A stretch of DNA of 64,000 nt from Raja brachyura. Lineage: Eukaryota. The stretch is from positions 19,964,001 through 20,028,000 of the forward strand of contig OY740797.1 of NCBI GenBank assembly GCA_963514005.1. Direction: 5' to 3'. Of the stretch, positions 1 to 11,574 are shown piece by piece. A model generated the notes under the pieces. The model ran no database searches and was not told where the DNA came from. It worked only from the letters and a program-made list of their open reading frames with translations. Within the stretch, counting starts at the first letter, position 1, and each line of letters starts with the position of its first letter. Both the position numbers and the translations under genes were made by a program.

Positions 1-93
1 GCCGACATATTACAAGAATAAATAGTAAGATTAAATGAGAACTTACCAGTTTGAAGTTTGATCTTTATTTTATGAGGAGTTACGATGAGGGAT

Positions 94-128
94 TACGTGA
101 AGACCCCGCCAGCACGCATGCGCGACAT
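94..128. repeat. DIRS inverted terminal repeat (partner at 4768-4802)
   Basis: tacgtgaagaccccgccagcacgcatgcgcgacat is the exact reverse complement of 4768-4802. Confidence 0.93.
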
Positions 129-240
129 TCTTCAAAGCAGTGGTGTGAAATCACAGACAGCAACGTAGACTAATATAGTAAGATAAGAGAGAACTTTCAT
201 ACCAGTTGATCTTTATAATAGAGGGTTTGGGAGCGGAGGG

Positions 241-353
241 CACGTAATCCCTCATCGTAACTCCTCATAAAATAAAGATCAAACTTCAAACTGGTAAGTT
301 CTCATTTAATCTTACTATTTTACTTCGGAGTCACGTGAGTGACTACGTGAAGA
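241..353. repeat. DIRS internal complementary region (ICR)
   Basis: 241-320 is the reverse complement of 20-99. 317-353 (attttacttcggagtcacgtgagtgactacgtgaaga) is the reverse complement of 4793-4829. The two halves overlap at ATTT (317-320). Confidence 0.95.
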
Positions 354-511
354 TTTCAAAGCTCTGTGATTTCATGCCCTGGAACACCCCATGCTCACAC
401 ACTGCTATGCTGGGATAAGAGGATGAACGTATTTCAGACATGACACTGGCTGAAAAACAAAATAGGTATTTATTCATACCAAAAACAAAATATATATCCC
501 ATATAGGGTAA

Positions 512-1494
512 TTATTTAGCAGAACTCAAAATGCTTCCTGCAAAAGAGTCAGGAGAGGCCACGGGTTTGTTATAAAAGCGTTGAAACGTCTTCTCTTTGC
601 TCCAACCCGCTGTGGCCAGGATGTGGTCCATGGGTACTTCCATCATCCTAGCTGCCGAAGTGGATGCTGCCCTGGTGGAGTGGGATTTAAAAATATTAGT
701 GTCCACCCCCGCCGCATCCAGTACCACCCTTAACCATCTAGATATGGTTTGCACCGTGACTTTGTGGTGGGGCTTTTTGTGGCTTATAAGCAAAGCTTTC
801 TCTGTGCCCCTGAGAGACTTGGTGACTGAAATGTAACGTGATATCAAAGTGACGATGCAGAGTCGAGTATCTGCTGGATAGGCTAGAACTCTAATGTATG
901 TCCAGACGATCCGGGTCGATCTTGTTTTAACAGCCCCTGCATATGAAAAGTGATTTTGCCATTGGAGATAGTCATGGCATCCAGATTTAACTTGTGCAGG
1001 GACTGGACCCGTTGTGCCGTGACAAGTGCCATAATCATTACCATTTTGTAGGTGAGTTTGTCCAAGGTGAGCCCCGAGTTTGGTGTCCATCCTCGCAACA
1101 TAGTCAATACTATGCTGATATCCCACGTGTGGTTGTATCTGGGCCTGGGGGGATTGGAATTAAATATTCCTCTCATTAGCTTAGACACTAATGGATGTGA
1201 TCCAATGCCCAGTTGATCACTCCCCTTGCCCAGATAGGTTGATAGGGCACTCCTGGCACAATTAATGGCACTGTAGCTTAATCCTTCATCGTAGTGAAGG
1301 GTAGCCAGGAATTCCAGAACTTCCGTGATGGTAGCCGATTCGTAGGTTGTGTTTGTTGTAGAGCAGAACACTTCCCACTTCCTGATGTAGGTCAGGTACT
1401 GTTTCCTAGTGGACTCCCTGCATGACGCTGAGATGGTATCTATTGTTCTGTTGGTGAGTCCGTATCCCAGAAGTGGCCGTTTCAGAATCTGCAA
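512..1494 (-). CDS. DIRS tyrosine recombinase, split by one frameshift near 885
   Basis: ORF 883-1494 has the SAM-like N-terminus (YLTYIRKW...LSYSAINCARSAL) and catalytic R (AQRVQSL). ORF 512-1126 supplies HSTR, GW and RFY. One extra C (TTC CTA) would join them. True start may lie further upstream, overlapping the RT ORF. Confidence 0.9.
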
Positions 1495-3494
1495 ATCAAC
1501 AGGTCCATGCGGTCATGACATGGATGGTGTTCCCCTGTGACGGGATGTATTAATAGGCTAGGTCGTTTGTTGACCCGAATACAAGGTTCTGTGACCATCT
1601 TCTGTACCGCTGGGAACCATGGTTGGGTAGGCCAGTCGGGCACAACCAAAATACCCGATGCGGAGTCTTGTCTGATTTTTTGCAAGACCCGACTGATGAG
1701 GCAGAAGGGGGGAAAGGCATAACAGAACAAATCCCCCCAATGTAGCGTGAAAACGTCCATTGCTACTGCCCCTGGGTCTGGCTCCCAAGCAACATATGTG
1801 GGCTGTTGGTGATTTAATCTGGATGCAAAAAGGTCGATATCTGGTGTCCCATAACGTTCTACAATATCTGTGAACACTTTCCGATCCAACATCCATTCTA
1901 TGTTGTTGTTGAATTTGCGTGACCTGGTGTCTGCCACTGTGTTTAGCTTACCTGGAAGGTAAGTGGCTGAAATCCAAATTTCCCTTTGCAGACACCAGTG
2001 CCAGATATTATTAGCCAATTCATCACATGATATCGACTTTATTCCACCCATATGATTAATATAAGCCACCACTGTGGTGTTGTCAATTTGTAATCTAACA
2101 TGTACTTGGTGCATGTCTGAGCAGTATGCCCTAAGGCCATGAAATGCTCCCAGCATTTCTGAATAATTAATCCCCAATGTTTCAAATAGGTTTAGCTCTT
2201 GTGCACTCCATCTGCCTCCACAACTAGTGGTGGTATTAGTTGCTCCCCAACCTTTGGCACTGGCATCAGTTTGTAAGATGACCGAGGGATTTATGATAGT
2301 GATGGGTTTGGAACAGGATTGAGCATTTTCCATCCACCAATTTAATTCAATTCTTGCCTTTTCTGGTAACTTTATAGGCCTGTCGAAATGGCCTGCATGA
2401 CTTTTGAGAGCTATAATTTTAGCTCTTTGTAGGTTTTGATAATGTAGTGGTCGGAATTGTGCTGCGGGAAAGGCAGCCACTATCTTCCCAATTACCCTGG
2501 CCACCTGCCGTATGGATGGATCCCTGATGCCAGTAAGGCTCCTGCAAGCTTCTATCAAGTCCACCACCTTGTTCGGTGGTAAGGTGATAGACATTTGCAC
2601 CGAGTCAATGGTGAACCCCAAGTAATCCATGGTAGTAGAGGGTTCCAACTTTGATTTATCTGGATGTATGATGAACCCCAGCTTTTGAAAGAGATGTTTT
2701 GTGGCTAGAACTGCCAATGTAGCCGTTTCCAAATTCTCCCCGACAATGAGGATATCATCAAGGTAGGCCATAACAGTATGGTTTTGTTTCCTTAAATAGG
2801 CCAAAGCTGGTTTCAATATTTTGGTGAACAGCCTGGGTGCTGATGATAACCCATTGGGTAAGGCTTTATATTGCCATAATTGTCCCATCCAGATAAATTT
2901 AAGGTATTTCCTATGATCCTTGTGTATTGGCACTGAATAGTATGCATCTTTAAGATCAATGCATGCCATGTAGTACCCATTAGCTATTAGCTGTCTAGCT
3001 GTGTCAAAAGTGTCCATTTTGAAATGAACATACTGAACAGAAGTATTCAGTTCGGTCAGATCTATGATTATGCGGCACCCGCCATCTTTTTTATTTTTGG
3101 TAAATATATTAGATACGAACTCCTGAGATTCTCTGGTGGTTCTCTCAATTACCACTTTACTAATTAGTCTTAATAGTTCAGCATGGCCTGCCGTTCTTTC
3201 TTTTTGTGAAAGTATAAACTTTCGGCTAGGCGAATGCTGGACCGGGGTAGGGAGTTCGTACATGAATTCAATTTTATAGCCCTGAATACTTCCGAGTATG
3301 TAAGGATCAGAGGTAAAAGTGCGCCATACTTCATAAAACAAGTGCAACCGGCCTCCCACATAAGATGAATTTAGACAAGCAATGTTCCTGGGGGAGCCAG
3401 ACCCACCTACCTCCAAGGTTATTGCCGGTGTTGCGGTCTTTGCCCTTGTTTCTTCTGTTGAGTTGCTGCATTGTAGGGGTAGTGCATTTTGCAA
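1482..3494 (-). CDS. DIRS reverse transcriptase / RNase H / DNA adenine methyltransferase-like polyprotein
   Basis: Intact 670-aa ORF. RT motifs IDLKDAY, LPNGLSSAPRLF, YLDD. RNase H motifs TDASAKGWG, IDNTTVVAYIN, ADTRSR. C-terminal DLFAS...YAFPPF...VPDWPTQPWFP methylase-like domain. Confidence 0.95.
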   Translation of the reverse strand: MQNALPLQCSNSTEETRAKTATPAITLEVGGSGSPRNIACLNSSYVGGRLHLFYEVWRTFTSDPYILGSIQGYKIEFMYELPTPVQHSPSRKFILSQKERTAGHAELLRLISKVVIERTTRESQEFVSNIFTKNKKDGGCRIIIDLTELNTSVQYVHFKMDTFDTARQLIANGYYMACIDLKDAYYSVPIHKDHRKYLKFIWMGQLWQYKALPNGLSSAPRLFTKILKPALAYLRKQNHTVMAYLDDILIVGENLETATLAVLATKHLFQKLGFIIHPDKSKLEPSTTMDYLGFTIDSVQMSITLPPNKVVDLIEACRSLTGIRDPSIRQVARVIGKIVAAFPAAQFRPLHYQNLQRAKIIALKSHAGHFDRPIKLPEKARIELNWWMENAQSCSKPITIINPSVILQTDASAKGWGATNTTTSCGGRWSAQELNLFETLGINYSEMLGAFHGLRAYCSDMHQVHVRLQIDNTTVVAYINHMGGIKSISCDELANNIWHWCLQREIWISATYLPGKLNTVADTRSRKFNNNIEWMLDRKVFTDIVERYGTPDIDLFASRLNHQQPTYVAWEPDPGAVAMDVFTLHWGDLFCYAFPPFCLISRVLQKIRQDSASGILVVPDWPTQPWFPAVQKMVTEPCIRVNKRPSLLIHPVTGEHHPCHDRMDLLICRF

Positions 3495-4628
3495 GAAGGC
3501 CGGGCTGGGCCATGGCCTAAAAAAGACCGTTGTGCAGGTGGGCCGGCCTTCGAGCTTTCACCACCGGACGGTCTGTTGTGATATCGCTGTCCGGTGGGTG
3601 TGTAGGGGTGCTGCCGCTGTTGGTAGTGAGGTTTGGAAGTACTGGGTACCTTAATCAGGCCTATGGCCTTGGCCTCCTCATCCAGGTCTTTCACCTGTTT
3701 GGGGAGGTTATCCCCGAACAGCAGATTTGGTGGTTGAGCGTTACCTGGTCTGCATAACCCCGCAAACTTGGGGTTAAGTGCCGGTTTGATAATGCTCTTC
3801 CTGTAGTTATTTATCTCGTACTGTGTATTACACAGCAAGGCCAGAGCATCCTGTAGTTCTTCCGGTAACTCTATTCCCACCGCAGTTCTGGCCACTGCCG
3901 TAATCCCGGTGGTCAAAAGTTTCAGGATCCTCTGAAGTTTGACTTCTTGCCCTCTAATCGTAGGGCTCATCTTCCCCCATATAGGGTTATTCACCGCAGG
4001 AACAGTCAGTGAGTTACAATTTTCAGGAGCAAGATACTTATCAGCTGTTGCATTGATGGCTTGCTCCTGAAGCTGGTTTGTAGTCATAATTGATACTAGC
4101 TGCCAGCTTTGGGTGGATAGGTAGGCCTTTTTGAGAAGGAACTGCATGCTTGTTTACCATATCCAGTAACTCTTCTTGCACCCCTGACACTGTTGGTTGT
4201 TCAGCCAACTCCCCCTCTTCAGGGTCAGCCCAGTTCTGACCCCCAATGCTCCCCTGCGAAGAGGGCGAGACATTAGGCAGTCCATGATAGGATCCTGCCG
4301 TGGGCCTGCGAAGAGGCCCACCGTGACTCTGCCCCTGCAAAAGCAGGTCACGCTGGAGCAATTGCTCCACCATCCGCTCCATGCGGGCAAGACGACCCCC
4401 GTCGCTATCAGCGAACGGGGTGTCCTCGGGACTGGACCCAGCTGGGTCGGCGGCCCCGTCCGACTTTCGGGTGGATTTACCGCCCGACCGCGGCGTATCT
4501 GCGGCCCTCATAGGCGAAACGTCGGGAGCTGCGGGTAACACCTGCAGCTCAGGAGAAGCGGCACGCTGCTGGCTGCTCTCCATGGCAGCAGCTCTTGCCG
4601 CTGCTCTTTTCAATTTCCGCGACTCCAT
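3419..4628 (-). CDS. DIRS gag-like ORF1, one frameshift near 4088
   Basis: ATG at 4628 (MESRKLK...) in ORF 4041-4835 continues into ORF 3419-4147 (PENC...LTVPAVN...LLFGDNL). Position upstream of and overlapping RT fits DIRS ORF1. Confidence 0.8.
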
Positions 4629-5039
4629 GTAGAATTCCTGAAAAACAAGTATACACTGAGTCGCCACGCTCACCACTCCGGTGAGACTTACCTTTCGTAA
4701 GTTTTTTAAACTTACGCTGGAGGAGCCCCGCTCCTCCCGACTGTCGCTTCCGCATGCGTACGACGATATGTCGCGCATGCGTGCTGGCGGGGTCTTCACG
4801 TAGTCACTCACGTGACTCCGAAGTAAAATTACCAACTTGTTGTTAGACTTGTTTACTCAAAACTCACTCTGCGGAAAAGGAATTCATGAGTAAATATATG
4901 AAACACGTGACCGTGACGGGGATGGACTCAAATAGAGATAGCTAGGAGACGGTGTCTGAGGCATGAGGCAGAGAAGGGAAGCACTCAGACCCAACATGTA
5001 TGGGGGGAAGAAGAAAAAAATAATAAACAGAGAATAAGA

Positions 5040-7985
5040 GGTGGTGGGTGTCTTAAAGGTGTGAGCAGAGAGAAAGAGGGGTATAAAATGACAATAGAAG
5101 CAAGTGGTAGCAAGGTGAAAATTAATAGTGGCTGGCAGACAAATCCAGGAAAGAAATCAAAAGGGGCCACTTGTCAACATAATTGTATAAAGGGTAAAAG
5201 TGTTGTAAAAACAAGCCTGAAGGCTTTGTGTCTCAATGAGAGGAGCATTTGTAATAAGGTAGATGAGTTGAAGGTGCAGATAGCTATTAATTACTATGTT
5301 ATAGTTGGGATCATGGAGATATGGCTCCAGGGTGACCAAGGCTAGGAGCCGAACATCCAGGGATATACAATATTCAGGAGGGATAGATGGAAAGGAAAAG
5401 GAGTTGGGGTAGCGTTGCTGGTGAGAGAGGAGATTAATGCAATAGAAAGGAAGGACATTAGCATGGAGGATGTGGAATCGATATGGGTAGAGCTCCGAAC
5501 CTCTAAGGGGCAGAAAACGCTAGTGGGAGTTGTGTACAGGCCACCTAACAGTAGTATTGGAGTTGGGGATGGCATCAAACAGGAAATTAGAAGTGCGTGC
5601 AACAAGGGTAACACAGTTATAATGGGTGACTTCAATCTGCATTTAGATTGGGTGAATCAAATTGGCAGGGGTGCCGAGGAAGACGATTTCTTGGAATGTA
5701 TGTGGGGTAGTTTTCTAAACCAGCATGTGGAGGAACCAACAAGAGAGCAGGCTATTCTAGACTGGGTATTGAGTAATGAGGAAGGGTTAGTTAGCAGTCT
5801 TGTTGTGCGTGGCCCCTTGGGCAAGAGTGACTATAATATGATTAAGTTCTTCATTAGGATGGAGAGTGACATAATTAAGTCAGAAACAAGGGTTCTGAAC
5901 CTAAACAAAGGTAACTTTGAAGGTTTGAGCCGTGAATTGGCCAAGATAGACTGGCAGGTGAGTCTTAAAGTGTTGACAGTGGATGTGCATTGGAAGGCAT
6001 TTAAAGACTGCATGGATGAAGTACAAAAATTGTTCATACCAGTTTGCAAAATAATAAATCAGGGAAGGTGGTGCATCCATGGATAACGAGGGAAATCAGG
6101 GATAGTATAAAAACTAAAGATGAGGCATACAAATTGGCCAAAAAAAGCAGCCTACAAGAGGACTAGGAGAAATTCAGAATCCAGTAGAGGAGGACAAAGG
6201 GCTTAATTAGGAAAGGGAAAATAGATTACGAAAGGAAACTGGCAGGGAACATAAAAACTGACTGCAAAAGTTTTTATAGATATGTGAAGAGAAAGAGACT
6301 AGTTAGAACAAATGTTGGTCCCTTGCAGTCAGAAGCAGGTGAATTGATCATGGGGAACAAGGACATGGCAGACCAATTGAATAACTACTTTGGTTCTGTC
6401 TTCACTAAGGAAGACATAAATAATCTGCCGGAAATAGCAGTGGACCAGAGGTCAAATAAGATGGCGGAACTGAATGAAATCCAGATTAGCCGGGAAGTAG
6501 TGTTGGGTAAATTGAACGGATTAAAGGCCGATAAAACCCCAGGGCCAGATGGTCTGCATCCCAGAGTGCTCAAGGAGGTAGCCACGGAAATAGTGATAAT
6601 TTTTCAACGCTCCTTAGATTCTGGAGTAGTTCCTGAGGATTGGAGGATAGCTAATGTAACCCCACTTTTTAAAAAAGGAGGGAGAGAGAATGTTGGGAAT
6701 TACAGACCAGTTAGTCTAACATCGGTAGTGGGGAAACTGCTAGAGTCAGTTATTAAAGATGGGATAGCAGCGCATTTGGAAAGTCATTAAATCATTGGAC
6801 AAAGTCAGCATGGATTTACAAAAGGTAAATCTGACGAATCTTATAGAATTTTTCGAGGATGTAACTAGTAGAGTGGATAAGGGAGAACCAGTGGATGCGT
6901 TATATCTACACTTTCAGAAGGCTTTCGACAAAGTCCCACATAAGAGATTAGTATATAAACTTAAAGCACACGGTATTGCAGGTTCAATATTGATGTGGAT
7001 AGAGAACTGGCTGGCAGACAGGAAGCAAAGGGAAGGAGTAAACTGGTCCTATTCAGAATGGCAGGCAGTGAGTAGTGGAGTACCGCAAGGCTCAGTGCTG
7101 GGACTTCAGCTACTTACAATATACATTAATGATTTGGATGAGGGAATTGAATGCAACATCTCCAAATTTGCAGATGACACCAAGCTGCGGGGTATAGTTA
7201 GGTGTGAGGAGGATGCTGGGAGGCTGCAGGGTCATTTGGATAGGCTGAGTGAATGGGCAGATGCATGGCAGATGCAGTATAATGTGGATAAATGTGAGTT
7301 TATCCACTTTGGTGGCAAAAACAGGAGGGTAGACTATTATCTGAATGGTGGCCGATTAGGAAAAGGGATGATGCAACGACACCTGGGTGTCATGGTACAC
7401 CAGTCATTGAAAGTAGGCATGCAGGTGCAGCAGGCAGTGAAGAAAGCAAATGGTAAGTTAGCATTCATAGCGAAAGGATTTGAGTATCGGAGCAGGGAGG
7501 TTCTAATGCAGTTGTACAGGGTTGAGACCACATCTGGAATATTGCGTACAGTTTTGGTCTCCAAATGTGAGGAAAGACATTCTTGCCAAGGAGGTGATTC
7601 AGAGAAGGTTCACCAGATTGATTCCTGGGATGTCGGGACTTTCATATGAAGAAAGACTGGATAGACTCGGCTTGTACTCACTGGAATTTAGAAGATTGAG
7701 GTGGGATCTTATAGATACTTACAAAATTCTTAAGGGGTTGGACAAGCTAGATGCAGGAAGATTGTTCCCGATGTTGGGGGAGTCCAGAACAAGGGGTCAC
7801 AGTCTAAGGATAAGGGGGAATTCCTTTAGGACCGAGATGAGGAAAACATTCTTTACACCGAGGGTGGTGAGTCTCTAGAATTCTCTGCCACAGAAGGTCG
7901 TTGAGGCCAGTTTATTGGCTATATTCAAGAGGGAGTTGGATGTGGCTCTTGTGGCTAAAGGGTTCAGGGTGGTATGGAGAGGTGA
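5040..7985 (+). mobile_element. CR1 LINE, 5'-truncated, ORF2 (APE endonuclease + RT) with stops and frameshifts
   Basis: VYRPP, MGDFN, GKSD(H), [52 protein letters not shown] across ORFs 5061-7878. Confidence 0.95.
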
Positions 7986-8299
7986 ATTACAAGCAGGAGT
8001 CTAAAATATAGCTGATTCGGAGGGCATAACCCTTAGTCCCAATGGAACAAATAAGAGGCATCTAAACAAGAGGAGAGCAAGGACGGCGTATGCGCATACA
8101 CATAATTTATTTTAAATATGCAGATTTATAATTCGAAGATGAAGTAGTGAGAATTATAGCGAGAAGTGGCGAGAACATACAACAGTTAAACACTGCAATG
8201 GGTCTCTCGGCCTGGTATATCTACGTGGAACATGAGGCGACGATAAACTAATCTCCTCTATCTGCATATGATCCACAACCCACCTTGCCTGCAATGTTT

Positions 8300-8425
8300 C
8301 TGAAGAAGGGTCTCGACGCGAAACGTCACCCATTCCATCTCTCCAGAGATGCTGCCTGTCCCGCTGAGTTATTTAGATTTTTGTGTCTATCTTCAGTTTA
8401 AACCAGCATCTGCAGTTCCTTTGCA
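8300..8425 (+). mobile_element. Penelope-derived short repeat with hammerhead ribozyme core (stem II mismatch)
   Basis: CTGAAGA-AGGGTCTCGACGC-GAAACGTC-ACCCATT, then the family body (gatgctgcc...cccgctgagtt...gcatctgcagttcc). Confidence 0.8.
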
Positions 8426-8787
8426 CATATTTATGGGCCTATCGAAGAGACTCTCCAAAAACTGCTGCCGTATCTTCGTCCACCACCCCTGGTAATGCGT
8501 TCCAGGCACTTTCTGCGTCAAAAACTGGCCCAGCATAACTCTACACCTCTGACGTTAAAGCAATACCTTCCTATCTTTCATAGGTTTTGACGAACAACAC
8601 TATCCGTGCCTCTCGTTATTTTTTAATCTTCAGCCAGGTGACCAGCCTCAGAAGAAAACACGTGAAGAGCGTTTTATTGTCATATGTCCAAGATAGAACA
8701 ACGAAATTCTTATTTGCAGCAGCACAACAGAATATGTAAACTTAGTACACTGTAAGCAATACAATAAACGGGAAAAGGTCCAGTGTG

Positions 8788-8946
8788 NNNNNNNNNNNNN
8801 NNNNNNNNNNNNNNNNNNNNNNNNNNNNNNNNNNNNNNNNNNNNNNNNNNNNNNNNNNNNNNNNNNNNNNNNNNNNNNNNNNNNNNNNNNNNNNNNNNNN
8901 NNNNNNNNNNNNNNNNNNNNNNNNNNNNNNNNNNNNNNNNNNNNNN
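8788..8946. other. Assembly gap (159 N)
   Basis: Run of n. Confidence 0.99.
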
Positions 8947-10130
8947 CTTGACCACTTCCTGTTGTTCTGTATATTGATTTTAGAAAACACGCTGCCACTT
9001 ACGGTTGTGATTTTTACCATCTTACTCAGAGTCCCCTCCGCTGCGCAGGACGAGGATTTTTCCCATCGATGAAAAATAAAAGAGCTATTAGTGTTTTTAA
9101 AATGGTGAGCTTCTCTCTCCTGTAGGCCACGCCCCTTCCAGAGGGACTATAAAACCCGGAAATGTTGCCCTCAGTCAGTCTCTGCAAGATGGGGGAGTGA
9201 GAGGGTCATGTCTCTCAATCTGAGCTGTGAATAACACTGAACACATGCCTGCTAAACTGCGAGTGGTTTTACTGACATGTCAGTGTCCTTAATATGGTTT
9301 GAAAATATAGCTTGGAAATGCTAAAGCTGTGTTGCCTTTGGTTTGGAAATTCTAAAGCTGTGTTGCCTTTGGTGTGGAAATGCTAAAGCTGTGTTGCCTT
9401 TGGTTTGGAAATGCTAAAGCTGCATTGCCTAATTAAAGTTGCTGTGCCAAATTAAAGTTACCTTGCCTAATTAAAGTTGCCTTGCCTAATTAAAGTTGCC
9501 TTGCCTAATTAAAGTTGCCTTGCCTTCTATATAATAAAAGTCTAATCTTGACCACTTCCTGTTTATGCTTTATATTGATTTTAGAAACAACGCTACCATG
9601 TACGGGTGTGATTTTTGGCCACATTACTCAGAGTCCCTCTCCGCTCATCAGGTGCGGAGGATGTTTCCCTTCGATGAAAAATAAAAGAGTTATTATTAGT
9701 GTTTAAAAAATGTTGAGATTCTCTCAATCACGCCATGAAGGCCACGCCCTTTCTGGTGGGAGGGGGGAGGGACTATAAAACCCAGAAGTGTGGGCATGGC
9801 TCAGTCTCTGCAAGATGGAGGAGGGAGAGGTCACAACTCGTTGCCTTTAGTGGCCTTGCACCCTGCTTGAAATGGTATGAAACTGCACTTGAATTTGGTG
9901 GCCTTGCACCCTGCTTGAAATGGAATTTCACGGAATAGCCGTGAGTCAACTGCCAGCCCACCAGCCGTGAGTGAATGATTGAGCTGCCAGCACAACAGAC
10001 TTGAGTGACTGAACCACCAGCCCAATAATCCATTCGGCCCACAATGTCCATACTAGCCCTCTGGATACCAGTCCCTTCAGCCCACAACACCCATACTAGC
10101 ACTCCAGAAAGCGCCCCACTGGCCACCAAT
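8947..10130 (+). mobile_element. Two tandem ~590-bp units, putative non-autonomous Helitron, with internal minisatellites
   Basis: cttgaccacttcctg...atattgattttagaaa...cgatgaaaaataaaagag...gggactataaaaccc occurs at 8947 and again at ~9547. The second unit starts TCTATATAATAAAAG (~9526). ~31-bp (ggaaatgctaaagctgtgttgcctttggttt) and 19-bp (aattaaagttgccttgcct) arrays at 9310-9525. Helitron assignment is inference. Confidence 0.55.
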
Positions 10131-10134
10131 ATGT

Positions 10135-10355
10135 CTATGTAATTTAGAGCTTATTTGGAGGTTGTGGTGTTTAATAGCCTATTGGTTGTAGGGAAGAAGC
10201 TATTCCTGAAACTGGATATCACAGTGTTAAGGCTCCTGTACCCACCTCCCGATGGCAGGGGTGAAATTAGTGTGTGGCTAGGGTGATGTAAGTCCCTGAT
10301 GATGTTGACTGCATTTTTAAGGCAGCGACTCCGGTAAATCCCCTCGATGATGGGA
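10135..10355 (-). mobile_element. Rex1/Babar-like LINE 3' fragment; its 3' UTR continues at ~8660-8787
   Basis: Minus strand reads PLPSGGGYRSLNTVISSFRNSFFPTTNRLLN, the typical C-terminus of this clade. AATAAA-bearing tail near 8670-8680. Confidence 0.7.
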
Positions 10356-10776
10356 GGTCAGAACCTCCACGCACCATAGATTCCTCCACTTAAATCTTCT
10401 CTATTCTACACTTTCCCAATTCATCCTCTGTCCCTGCTTAACCTGACCCACTGCCATTATACATCTCGCTGCTTCCTTCTGACGATGTACCTGCTCTAGC
10501 AACCAATTTCCTCCTCTCTGATGGACCTGCTTTACTCCACTTTCAAGAGTGTCCCGGTGCTAAGCTAATGGCATCCTTTCCCTTGCTGCACACTGCCAAC
10601 AATGTCTGTATGGCTCATAGCTGTTTGTGCTTCTTGTACTGCCTGTTTCTCCCTGTTCATCCCTTTAGTTGGCACCAGATTACTAAGGCAAAAGGAATAA
10701 GTCTATAGAAAACGATGAATTTCACATTATTACATAATTTCCTTCAAAAAGACTCCTATGAACATTGCGCGAATTG

Positions 10777-11260
10777 TGTATTGGAAGGAACTGCAGATGT
10801 TGGCTTTCACAGAAGATAGACACAAAATGCTGTAGTAACTCAGCGGAACATGCGGCATCTCTAGATAGAAGGAATGGGTGACGTTTCCGGTCGAGACTTC
10901 TTCAGACTGAGGATCAGGAGAGAGGGCGACACAAAGGTATGGAAGTGTAAGGTGTGAGGCTTCAAAGGGAATGAAGCTCAAGGAAAATGTAGAATAGATC
11001 ATTGTTAGCTAGAAGAAGGTGGCAACGACGCATACAGTGGTAAAATTTCATCAGGAGAACATTCAGACTGGTCGGAGAACTAAGAATGGAGCGGGATGGA
11101 GAGAGAGGGAAAGCAAGGATTACTTGAATTTAAAGATCAATATTCATACCGCTGTGGGGTAAGCTTCCCCAGCGAAATATGCGGTGCTGTTCCTCCAATT
11201 TGCATCGAGCCCCACTCTGACAGTGGAGGAGGTCCAGGACAGAAAGGCAGTATGGGAATG
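10777..11260 (-). mobile_element. Penelope-like element 3' fragment: end of GIY-YIG endonuclease ORF, 3' UTR and hammerhead motif
   Basis: ORF end LSVLDLLHCQSGARCKLEEQHRIFRWGSLPHSGMNIDL* (stop 11130) resembles the PLE endonuclease C-terminus. Same-strand CTGAAGAAGTCTCGACCGGAAACGTCACCCATT at ~10874-10905. Confidence 0.8.
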
Positions 11261-11574
11261 GGGGGGGGGGGGGGGGGGTAACGTGTTTAGTAATGGGAGA
11301 TCTGGTAGGTTTATGAGGTTTATGAGGTTTATGCTTCGCTACTAAACTGCGGAAAATCGATTTCCTGTGGTCATTAGGAATAGTACTTAGCGAAGAGAAT
11401 TTGCAGATAATTGTCCTGGTCAATCTTGTGGATAGTTTATTTTGAAATAAATTATCCAGATTTTCAGGTATGCGGCATGCTGCTTGAGTCGGTGGCATGG
11501 AGTTCATGGAAATTCAGGTGTCAGGGTTATGGGGTGAAGGCAGGAGAATGGAGTTAGGAGGGAGAGATAGATCA

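Larger units (their letters stand above)
20..4829 (-). mobile_element. DIRS1-type tyrosine-recombinase retrotransposon, structurally complete
   Basis: Overlapping gag, RT-RNaseH-methylase and YR ORFs on the minus strand. Inverted terminal repeat 94-128 vs 4768-4802. Internal complementary region 241-353 matches both element ends. Both ends read ATTT on the minus strand (20-23 and 4826-4829). Confidence 0.96.

Noticed and set aside
597-4632. Plus-strand ORFs over the DIRS element and antisense ORFs over CR1s
   Set aside because: Shadow frames of the real coding strand.
9310-9525. Regularly repeated 31-bp and 19-bp units resembling a CRISPR array
   Set aside because: Head-to-tail repeats without unique spacers, in vertebrate DNA with no cas genes; these are minisatellites.
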